From an uncultured bacterium (GTDB lineage Bacteria; Verrucomicrobiota; Kiritimatiellia; RFP12; UBA1067): DNA of 64,000 bases. Made by a program: the position numbers and the translations under genes. Of the stretch, positions 46,663 through 54,400 are shown in pieces; position 1 is the first letter of the stretch; every line of letters starts with the position of its first letter. The stretch lies in assembly GCA_902779865.1 (NCBI GenBank), contig CACZDG010000005.1, forward strand, positions 8,207 through 72,206. Reading direction: 5' to 3'. The notes beneath the pieces are model-generated. The model was not told the origin of the DNA and searched no databases. It was given only the letters and a program-made list of their open reading frames with translations.

Positions 46663-47490
46663 TCAGGTAGATTCAAGGACGGCATTGAGGCGTGACGTGA
46701 CGTAGCGTGGCATGTGGTTGATGCCGTCAAGCTCGCCTTGGCGCTGCTCGCTTTCGAGGGTAATGATGACTTCCATCGAACGCCCCGGGTGCTTATCATC
46801 AATCTTGTTAATTACGCTGGAAAAGATGCGGACGTTGTCGAGGTACTTCGGGTCGTCTGGTGTAAGATTACAGAGGCGAAGCGCCCTGCGTAAGGGAGAT
46901 GCTTCAATGTCCTTCTGCGTTGTTTGCACGGCGCGTTTTGCAGTATAGCCGCTGCCCAGATTATTGGCAAGATTATCTAAATCCGATGCGGTGTCGGGCG
47001 TCTTTACCGCATCGTCTTTATTATTGTTTATATTATTATTGTCTTTGGTGCCCAGCTGCTGGGCACTGGTGTGATCAGCTGCTGGGCACTGGTGTGCCTT
47101 GCTGCTGGGCACTGGTGTGATCAGCTGCTGGTCACTCGGTGTACCTTGCTGCTGGTCACTCGGTTGGCTCTTTCCTGCCTTTTTCACGGCAGTTTCCGGT
47201 GGCAATGTAAAAGTGTAGGCGTTTGAGAGTGTTTTGCCGTTTTTCCCTTTCTTGTTCGCGAGGCCTCCGCTTACCCATGTGAGTAATCCGTTTCTCCTTA
47301 ATCTGTTCAACGCATCCCCCACCGCCCCTTTGCTTAGGTGCGTCATTTGCATTAGCGTTTCCCGTTTGGGATAACAGAGGTTTTTATCATCGCGCAACTT
47401 GAAGGCCAGAGCCACAAGTACGGCCTGGTCGCTGGGCTTGGTGAGTTTTTTTCCGAGCCTGTACACCCGTTGTAACATTTTGATGCTCAT
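46663..47490 (-). CDS. winged-helix DNA-binding protein, candidate replication initiator (lambda O-like organisation)
   Basis: N-terminal wHTH-like DQAVLVALAFKLRDDKNLCYPKRETLMQMTHLSKGAVGDALNRLRRNGLL. Low-complexity linker encoded by 23-bp DNA repeats. Iterons immediately 3'. Confidence 0.55.
   Translation of the reverse strand: MSIKMLQRVYRLGKKLTKPSDQAVLVALAFKLRDDKNLCYPKRETLMQMTHLSKGAVGDALNRLRRNGLLTWVSGGLANKKGKNGKTLSNAYTFTLPPETAVKKAGKSQPSDQQQGTPSDQQLITPVPSSKAHQCPAADHTSAQQLGTKDNNNINNNKDDAVKTPDTASDLDNLANNLGSGYTAKRAVQTTQKDIEASPLRRALRLCNLTPDDPKYLDNVRIFSSVINKIDDKHPGRSMEVIITLESEQRQGELDGINHMPRYVTSRLNAVLEST
47053..47167. repeat. five direct repeats with 23-bp period inside the wHTH gene, core GCTGCTGG(G/T)CACT(C)GGTGT
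   Basis: Core starts at 47055, 47078, 47101, 47124 and 47148. The period is not a multiple of 3, so successive copies are read in different frames. Confidence 0.9.
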
Positions 47491-47496
47491 GGTGGA

Positions 47497-48117
47497 TTAG
47501 GCCTTTCTCTTGCGGCGTGGTTTGGTTGCCTTGAACTTCGGGAGGCTTGCGATGGTGGCATCCAGCCAGAGAAGGTCGTAGGCGGCCTTTTCGAGCTTCA
47601 CCAGGCGCAGGGCCTTCTCGGGCAAGGACGAACCATAGGCATCTGGTGTCCCAATCTCCTTTGCGAGGCGCCAGGCCATGAGATAGGGGCGCACGGCTGC
47701 GGAGCCGATTGACTTGGCGAAGGTTGCCGCAGCGTAAAGGTATTCTTCATAGTATTCGATGAAGGCTGTGCGATCATGTTCCTCTTCGGCGTCCATGGTC
47801 AATACAAGTTTACTGGCACCATCCTGCCATTTGTCGATCTTCGCAACGTCGATGTCTATGTTGATGTCGTAGCCGTCAACGATTAGGAGCGTGCTGGTGG
47901 AGAAGACACGTGCGATTTCGTCGTGGTCGTACGCGCCGAAGGCGCGGGGTAGTTCGCCACGTTTGATGGCGGCGATGCGTTTTTTTGCCTTTCTCGTGAG
48001 GACGTCGCAAGAATCGGACAGTTCCCTGCCTGTTTCTTCGGTGAAATTCCTGCGCGCAACGTCCTCGTTGTATTCGTTGGCTGCTTCGATTTCCTCTTCA
48101 AGTTGTTCTATTGTCAT
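47497..48117 (-). CDS. hypothetical acidic protein (mobile-element associated)
   Basis: ATG at 48117 is preceded by AAGGAGG (reverse complement of 48122-48128). Ends 7 nt before the wHTH gene start. No motif recognised. Confidence 0.6.
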   Translation of the reverse strand: MTIEQLEEEIEAANEYNEDVARRNFTEETGRELSDSCDVLTRKAKKRIAAIKRGELPRAFGAYDHDEIARVFSTSTLLIVDGYDINIDIDVAKIDKWQDGASKLVLTMDAEEEHDRTAFIEYYEEYLYAAATFAKSIGSAAVRPYLMAWRLAKEIGTPDAYGSSLPEKALRLVKLEKAAYDLLWLDATIASLPKFKATKPRRKRKA

Positions 48118-48265
48118 GATGGCCTCCTTTTTGTTTGCTGGAAAGTGTAGGAGTAAATTATACCACAAATCTGCCGTGGTGTGTTCCAGTACGCCGCCAA
48201 GATGGTGGATTTTGCAGTTGGCTTGGCGAATTGAATTAGGATGATGTGCGGACGGGGCGAAAATA

Positions 48266-48274
48266 TGTTATACT
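48266..48274 (+). promoter_or_regulatory. extended -10 element TGTTATACT upstream of lepA
   Basis: TGTTATACT at 48266-48274, 16 nt before the ATG at 48290. Confidence 0.4.
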
Positions 48275-48289
48275 GTGTGCCTACCCGTT

Positions 48290-50107
48290 ATGGAACAGAC
48301 ATTAGACAACATTCGCAATTTTTGCATCATCGCGCACGTGGACCACGGCAAGACCACGCTGTCGGACCGCATCCTCGAGCTTACGCACGCCATCAGCGCG
48401 CGCGAGCTGAAGGAGCAGACCCTCGACGCCATGGACCTCGAGCGCGAGCGCGGCATCACGATCAAGAGCCACCCGGTCTCGATGGAGTACCACGCGCAGG
48501 ATGGTAAGACCTACCTCTTCAATCTCCTCGACACTCCCGGCCACGTGGACTTCGCCTACGAGGTGAGCCGTTCGATGGGTGCGTGCGAGGGTGCGCTCCT
48601 CGTGGTGGACGCCGCGCAGGGCGTGGAGGCCCAGACCGTCGCGAACACCTACTTCGCACAGGACGCGCAGCTTGAGATCGTACCCGTCCTCAACAAGGTG
48701 GACCTCCCCGGCGCCGACGTGAAGGAGGTGAGCCGCGAGATCGAGGACATCCTCGCGATCCCGATGGACGACCCGCTCCTCGTGAGCGCGAAGACGGGCG
48801 TGGGGTGTCCCGACGTCCTTGAGGCGATCGTGAAGCGCATTCCGCCGCCGAAGACGCGCGGCGCGGACGCGCCCCTGCGCGCGCTTGTGTTCGACAGCGT
48901 GTTCGACGAGTTCCGCGGCGTGATCACATACGTGCGCGTGGTGGATGGCAGCGTGAAGGCCGGCCAGGGCGTCACGTTCATGGGCTCGCACGTCTCGACC
49001 ACGATCCACGAGGTGGGCATCTTCTCGCCCGGCAAGAAACCTGTCGATTGCCTTTCCGCCGGGCAGGTCGGCTACCTCGTGGGCACGGTGAAGGACCCGA
49101 GCGAGATCAAGATCGGCGATACCGTGACCACCTCGAAGTTCGGCGCGGACGAACCGCTTCCCGGTTTTCACGACATCCACCCCACGGTGTTCTGCGGCAT
49201 CTACCCGATGTCCACGGACGAGTTCCCGAAGGTGGCGCAGGGGCTTGAGAAGCTCCACCTCAACGACAGCGCGTTCACCTTCCACCACGAAAGCTCCATC
49301 GCCCTCGGCTTCGGTTTCCGGTGTGGGTTCCTCGGCCTCCTCCACATGGAGATCGTGCAGGAACGGTTGCGGCGCGAGTTCAATCTCGACATCATCTCCA
49401 CAACGCCCGGCGTAGTTTACAAGCTCAAGATGAAGGGCGGTGAGGAACGCGACCTCGACAATCCGCTCCAAATGCCGGACCCCTCCACGCTTGAATCCAT
49501 TTCCGAGCCAGTCCTCAAGGCCCGTATCATCACGCCCAGCGAATCGATCGGCGACGTGATGCGCATCGTGATGGACAGACGTGGCACGGTGGAGGGTACG
49601 GAGTCGATGGACGCGAAGCGAGTGATGCTCCACTGTCGTCTGCCGCTGAACGAAATCCTCATTGACTTCCACGACACGCTCAAGAGCGTCTCGCACGGCT
49701 ACGCCTCGATGGACTACGAGCCGGACGGCTACCAGGAGAGCGACATCGTGCGCATGGACGTGCTCTTGAACGGTGAAACCGTGGACGCCTTTGCGACGAT
49801 GGTGCATCGTTCCAAGGCGCGTGCGCGCGGCATTCAGATTTGCAAGGCGCTGGCCGATACCATCCCGCCCCACCAGTTCAAGATTCCCGTGCAGGCGGCG
49901 ATCGGACGCGAAATCATCGCGCGCGAGGACATCCGTCCGTTCCGCAAGGACGTGCTTGCGAAGCTGTACGGCGGCGACGTGACGCGCAAGATGAAAGTGC
50001 TCGAGAAGCAGAAGCGCGGCAAGGCGCGCATGAAGGAATTTGGTCATGTCAACGTGCCGCAGTCGGCGTTCATCGCCGTCTTGAAGGGCACCGTCAAGGA
50101 AACATGA
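48290..50107 (+). CDS. lepA: translation elongation factor 4 (LepA)
   Basis: [31 protein letters not shown], and the characteristic C-terminal domain ending QKRGKARMKEFGHVNVPQSAF. Confidence 0.95.
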   Translation: MEQTLDNIRNFCIIAHVDHGKTTLSDRILELTHAISARELKEQTLDAMDLERERGITIKSHPVSMEYHAQDGKTYLFNLLDTPGHVDFAYEVSRSMGACEGALLVVDAAQGVEAQTVANTYFAQDAQLEIVPVLNKVDLPGADVKEVSREIEDILAIPMDDPLLVSAKTGVGCPDVLEAIVKRIPPPKTRGADAPLRALVFDSVFDEFRGVITYVRVVDGSVKAGQGVTFMGSHVSTTIHEVGIFSPGKKPVDCLSAGQVGYLVGTVKDPSEIKIGDTVTTSKFGADEPLPGFHDIHPTVFCGIYPMSTDEFPKVAQGLEKLHLNDSAFTFHHESSIALGFGFRCGFLGLLHMEIVQERLRREFNLDIISTTPGVVYKLKMKGGEERDLDNPLQMPDPSTLESISEPVLKARIITPSESIGDVMRIVMDRRGTVEGTESMDAKRVMLHCRLPLNEILIDFHDTLKSVSHGYASMDYEPDGYQESDIVRMDVLLNGETVDAFATMVHRSKARARGIQICKALADTIPPHQFKIPVQAAIGREIIAREDIRPFRKDVLAKLYGGDVTRKMKVLEKQKRGKARMKEFGHVNVPQSAFIAVLKGTVKET

Positions 50108-50120
50108 AGGAGGAATAAAT

Positions 50121-51488
50121 ATGTCACCTACTTTGGAAAAGGTCGCGGCGACGCCGCAGGACTACCCGTTCGACGTGGATATGCTCGGCGAATGCCGCAT
50201 CGCGTCGCCCGTGCGGAGGCACGAGTTCGTGCCCGACGGCGCACGCGTCTTGATGAGCGCGGATGTGCCGCTCCTTGACTGGCTGCGGGAGAAGCTTGGT
50301 CGCGAGCCGTCGTTCGAGCGCGCTGGCCCGAAGGCGAAGATATTCCACGACCCCAGCTGGACGCGCGCTGGCATCCTCACGGCGGGCGGACTCTGCCCCG
50401 GCCTCAACAACGTGATCAAGGGCATCGTGGAGATTCTCTCCTTCGACTACGGCATCCAGACCATCTACGGCATCCGCTTCGGCTACGCCGGCCTCAACCC
50501 CGCCTGCGGCTACACGCCAATGCTGCTCGACCCCGACGCGGTCGATACAATCCACGAGCACGGCGGCACGATCCTCGGCAGCTCGCGCGGACGCCAGCCG
50601 ACTGAAATCATCGTCGATACTCTTGTGCGGATGAACATCAACGTGCTCTTCTGCATCGGCGGCGACGGTTCGCTCCGCTGCGCGCGCGACGTGGCGGAGG
50701 AGTGTCTGCGGCGGAAGCTCTCCATCTCCGTGATCGGCGTGCCGAAGACGATTGACAACGACCTTCAGTTCGTGGGGCCGAGTTTCGGTTTCGAGACGGC
50801 CGTTGCCGAGGCCACGCATGTTATCCGCGACGCGCACGTTGAGGCGAAGGGTACGTTCAACGGCATCGGTCTCGTGAAGCTCATGGGCCGCGACTCCGGC
50901 TTCATCGCCGCCTACGCCGCCGTGGCGAACCCGGTGGTGAACTTCTGTCTCATCCCCGAGACGGACTTCGACCTCGACGGTCCGCAGGGTCTTCTCGCCG
51001 CGCTCGAGCGCCGTTTCCGCAGCGGTAAGACGCACGCTGTGATCGTAGTTGCGGAGGGCGCCGGACAGAAGTTCTTCCAGCATGCGGAGGAAACGCGCGA
51101 CGCGAGCGGCAACGTGCTCAAGAAGGATATCGGCGACTACCTCAAGCGCCGCATCTCCGCCTACTTTAAGGATAGGGGCATGGAGGCGAGCGTGAAGTAC
51201 TTCGACCCGAGCTACATGATCCGCAGCGTGCCAGCGCGTGGTACGGACGCGATTCGCTGTTATCTGCTCGCTCGCGCGGCGGTGCATGCGGCGATGGCCG
51301 GGCGCACGAACTGCGTGGTCGGCTCCAACGGCGACCTCTACACGCTCGTGCCGATCAAGCTTGCCACGATTGAACGGCAGCAGGTGTCCCTCAGCGGCGA
51401 CCTCTGGCGCAGCGTGACGGATGCGACGGGACAGGAGTTCTACTTCTCGTCGGAAGTGCCGGCCGTGAAGAACGTCATGGCGCCGTAA
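50121..51488 (+). CDS. pfkA: 6-phosphofructokinase (long PfkA-family form; GGDGS suggests ATP-dependent)
   Basis: GILTAGGLCPGLNNVI, CIGGDGSL, PKTIDNDL, MGRDSG. Confidence 0.85.
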   Translation: MSPTLEKVAATPQDYPFDVDMLGECRIASPVRRHEFVPDGARVLMSADVPLLDWLREKLGREPSFERAGPKAKIFHDPSWTRAGILTAGGLCPGLNNVIKGIVEILSFDYGIQTIYGIRFGYAGLNPACGYTPMLLDPDAVDTIHEHGGTILGSSRGRQPTEIIVDTLVRMNINVLFCIGGDGSLRCARDVAEECLRRKLSISVIGVPKTIDNDLQFVGPSFGFETAVAEATHVIRDAHVEAKGTFNGIGLVKLMGRDSGFIAAYAAVANPVVNFCLIPETDFDLDGPQGLLAALERRFRSGKTHAVIVVAEGAGQKFFQHAEETRDASGNVLKKDIGDYLKRRISAYFKDRGMEASVKYFDPSYMIRSVPARGTDAIRCYLLARAAVHAAMAGRTNCVVGSNGDLYTLVPIKLATIERQQVSLSGDLWRSVTDATGQEFYFSSEVPAVKNVMAP

Positions 51489-51534
51489 CGTCTGCAACGT
51501 AAAAGAAGCCTACGAACAAAGGAGCGGAATAACC

Positions 51535-52422
51535 ATGAAAAGAATCTTCCTTTTTCTAGTGACGAACTTTGCCATCATGATCGCGATGATGGTCGTGTTC
51601 CACGTCGTGTGCGCGTTTATGGGCGTCGATCCCAACGCGGCGTTCAGGGGCAGTGGCCTGGACATGACCTCGCTCGCGATATTCTCGCTCATCTTCGGCA
51701 TGGGTGGGTCCGTCATTTCGCTGTTGATGTCCAAGACGATCGCGAAGGCGAGCGTGGGCGCGAGGGTGATCGACGGCACGGAAGGGGACGAGGAGCGGTG
51801 GCTTGTCGAGACCGTGCGTTCGCTCGCCGAGCGCGCGAACGTGAAGATGCCGGAGGTCGCGATCTACGAGGGCGAGGCCAATGCCTTCGCAACTGGGGCT
51901 TTCAAAAACTCCGCGCTTGTGGCGGTATCGACGAAGATCATGGAACAGATGTCGCGCGAGGAACTGCGCGCGGTGCTGGGGCACGAAATGAGCCACGTGG
52001 CGAACGGCGACATGGTCACTACGACACTCATACAGGGCGTGTTGAACGCCTGCGTGATATTCTTCTCGCGTCTCGTTGCGGCGGTGGTTTCCAGCGGAAA
52101 GGACCGCCGGGGACGTTCGGCAGGAATGTACTACCTTGTTTACTACTTGATGCAGATCACTCTCGGCATCGCCGCATCGCTCGTCGTTTACTGGCATTCC
52201 CGCAAGCGTGAATATGCGGCGGACGCCGGAAGCGCGAACCTGCTTGGATCGCCGTCCCCGATGATCGCCGCGCTCCGCCGGCTTGGGAATCTGCAATCGG
52301 GAGTCCTTCCAGATTCGCTCAAGGTGTTTGGAATCTCCGGCAAGCACGCCTCGCTCTTCTCCACGCATCCGTCGCTTGAAGACCGCATCGAGGCGCTTGA
52401 GCGTCTTCAGCGCGGCATTTAA
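51535..52422 (+). CDS. htpX: zinc metalloprotease HtpX
   Basis: Four TM segments, HEMSHVANGD (HExxH), C-terminal FSTHPSLEDRIEAL. Confidence 0.9.
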   Translation: MKRIFLFLVTNFAIMIAMMVVFHVVCAFMGVDPNAAFRGSGLDMTSLAIFSLIFGMGGSVISLLMSKTIAKASVGARVIDGTEGDEERWLVETVRSLAERANVKMPEVAIYEGEANAFATGAFKNSALVAVSTKIMEQMSREELRAVLGHEMSHVANGDMVTTTLIQGVLNACVIFFSRLVAAVVSSGKDRRGRSAGMYYLVYYLMQITLGIAASLVVYWHSRKREYAADAGSANLLGSPSPMIAALRRLGNLQSGVLPDSLKVFGISGKHASLFSTHPSLEDRIEALERLQRGI

Positions 52423-52426
52423 CGGC

Positions 52427-53419
52427 ATGGCCGAGCTGACCGACAAAATCGGTGCATACCGCATTGTCCGTCCCCTTGGCAAAGGCGGAATGGGCGCGGT
52501 GTATGAGGTGGTACACGAGAAGCTTGGCGTCCACTACGCGCTCAAGACGTTCACTCTTGATCACGGCTACGTCGATCTGCTGAAGGAGCGTTTCCTCGCG
52601 GAGGGGCGCGTATTGGCGCGCCTTAGGCATCCGAACCTCGTGCGCGTGTTCGACCTTGACGTGGAAGAGACCACGCACACGCCGTACTTCGTGATGGACC
52701 TCGTGCTGTACAAGGACGGCGACGCATACACCCTCGCCGACCTTGAGCCGGGCGGCGCAGACGAAGAGCACCTCGCCCGCTGGTTCACGCAGCTGTGCTC
52801 CGCGCTCGACTACATCCACGAGGCCGGCATTGTACACCGCGACATAAAGCCCGGAAACATCCTTCTCAATTCCAACGGCGGCGTCGTGTTGGGCGATTTC
52901 GGGGTGTCGCGTTTCTACGGCGGGGAGCTGCGCCGTGAACTCGCAATCGACCACACTGTCGTCTCGCAGGGGGCGACAACTGGTAATCTGGTAATGGGCA
53001 CTTCTGGATACATAGCGCCGGAAGTGAAGCGCGGTGAAGACGCGACGCCAGCCGCCGACGCTTATTCGCTGGGTGTCGTGTTCTTCCGGCTACTGACGGG
53101 CGTGTGGTATGAGAACCGTCCGAATGTATGGACGCTTCTCGATCCATTCGAACCGGCTTGGCGTGAGATATTGCGGCGTCTGCTCGCCGAAGATCCGCGC
53201 GAGCGCCCGATACCGCTTGCGCCGATGGCGCAGATGCTGGACGGCGCTTCGCATAAGACGCAATCGGGTCGGAGGATTTCAATTCGTATAATCGGAATCA
53301 TTCTCGCCGCCGCCGCGCTCTTGCTTGCCGCCGTATTCACGGTCCTGCATTTCCGCAGCGACACGGACACGATACGCACCGACGACCTTTATTCGATACC
53401 GTCCTGCATCCCGGAGTAA
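52427..53419 (+). CDS. Ser/Thr protein kinase with C-terminal TM anchor
   Basis: GKGGMGAVY, ALKTF, HRDIKPGNILL, DFGVSR, GTSGYIAPE. TM helix IIGIILAAAALLLAAVFTVL. Start moved to the ATG at 52427. Confidence 0.9.
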   Translation: MAELTDKIGAYRIVRPLGKGGMGAVYEVVHEKLGVHYALKTFTLDHGYVDLLKERFLAEGRVLARLRHPNLVRVFDLDVEETTHTPYFVMDLVLYKDGDAYTLADLEPGGADEEHLARWFTQLCSALDYIHEAGIVHRDIKPGNILLNSNGGVVLGDFGVSRFYGGELRRELAIDHTVVSQGATTGNLVMGTSGYIAPEVKRGEDATPAADAYSLGVVFFRLLTGVWYENRPNVWTLLDPFEPAWREILRRLLAEDPRERPIPLAPMAQMLDGASHKTQSGRRISIRIIGIILAAAALLLAAVFTVLHFRSDTDTIRTDDLYSIPSCIPE

Positions 53420-54027
53420 TGACAATGGCGGATTTCCCAGACACTCCCGCCTCGCTGCTTGCGAGAATCGCCGCCCAGACCACAGGACAGTCGGACGAAA
53501 CGGCGTGGGTTCGTCTTTTCGAGCTGTACGCGCCAGCAATACGCAAATTCGCCGAAGGGCTTGGCGCGCGGGACGAGTCTGAAGACGTGGCACAGGAGGT
53601 ATTCGCAAAGCTGGTGAACGTGTTACGCGGCGGCGTTTACCGCGCCGACGCCGGAAGGTTCCGCTGTTACCTCGCGACGATGATTCGCCGTGAACTCGTC
53701 AGCCGCTGGCGCAAGGCGCAGGTGCGTGGCGGAGCGGACAATATACCGATATCCGATCTTGACGTGGAGCCTTCCGTGGAGCCAGAGGTGGCGGCGATCA
53801 TTGACGCCAAGTGGCGCCTCGCCCGCCATGAGGCGGCGGTGGAACACGCGCTCACCAAAACCGCACTTACCGCGCAAACGCGCGAGATCTACCGCGCATA
53901 CGTTCTTGAGGAACGCCCCATCGGCGAAGTCGCCGCCCGCTTCGGCGTGACGAAGAACTACATCGGCCTTATAAAACTGCGCGTCGGGCGCATGATCGCC
54001 GCACTTGAGGCGGAGTACGAGGAATGA
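53419..54027 (+). CDS. ECF-type sigma-70 family sigma factor, kinase-associated
   Basis: WVRLFELYAPAIRKFA, EDVAQEVFAKL, FRCYLATMIRRELVSRWRK, region 4 IGEVAARFGVTKNYIGLIKLRVGRMI. The start shares 1 nt with the kinase stop (TAATG). Confidence 0.8.
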   Translation: MTMADFPDTPASLLARIAAQTTGQSDETAWVRLFELYAPAIRKFAEGLGARDESEDVAQEVFAKLVNVLRGGVYRADAGRFRCYLATMIRRELVSRWRKAQVRGGADNIPISDLDVEPSVEPEVAAIIDAKWRLARHEAAVEHALTKTALTAQTREIYRAYVLEERPIGEVAARFGVTKNYIGLIKLRVGRMIAALEAEYEE

Positions 54028-54126
54028 GGTAACGCCTGCGGAGAGATTGCTCGTGAAATGAGAAAAACTTCGGGCGGGTGTAATAACGCCTGCCGGTTCG
54101 CGTATAACAGTAACGGCGGCTGGCTG

Positions 54127-54149
54127 TCCGAAGGAAAACACGGGCGGAA
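54127..54149 (+). repeat. 23-nt dispersed motif TCCGAAGGAAAACACGGGCGGAA, copy 1
   Basis: Identical 23-mer at 56284-56306. This copy ends 3 nt before the -35 of the promoter at 54153. Confidence 0.9.
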
Positions 54150-54152
54150 TGG

Positions 54153-54181
54153 TTGATTCCCGCAGGGAAATCTGCTATAAT
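54153..54181 (+). promoter_or_regulatory. promoter TTGATT-17 nt-(TGC)TATAAT
   Basis: TTGATT at 54153-54158 and TGCTATAAT at 54173-54181. About 210 nt before the ATG at 54401. Confidence 0.55.
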
Positions 54182-54400
54182 GCAATCCGTGGTCATCCCG
54201 CAGGAAGACTGGCAATTCAACTTGAAGGGAATGTCCGACGCCAAGACGAACCGTCTTGGAGCGCCCGTCTTGGGCGTTCTGGCAGTTCGCGCTTCTGCGT
54301 CGCGTTTCCTTTCGGGCAATGCCAGTCGCCTCTGCGGAATGCGGCGCGAAGCGCTTTTTTGCTCTGTGCCCCACAACTGAAAAGAAAGGAAACGAATAGA

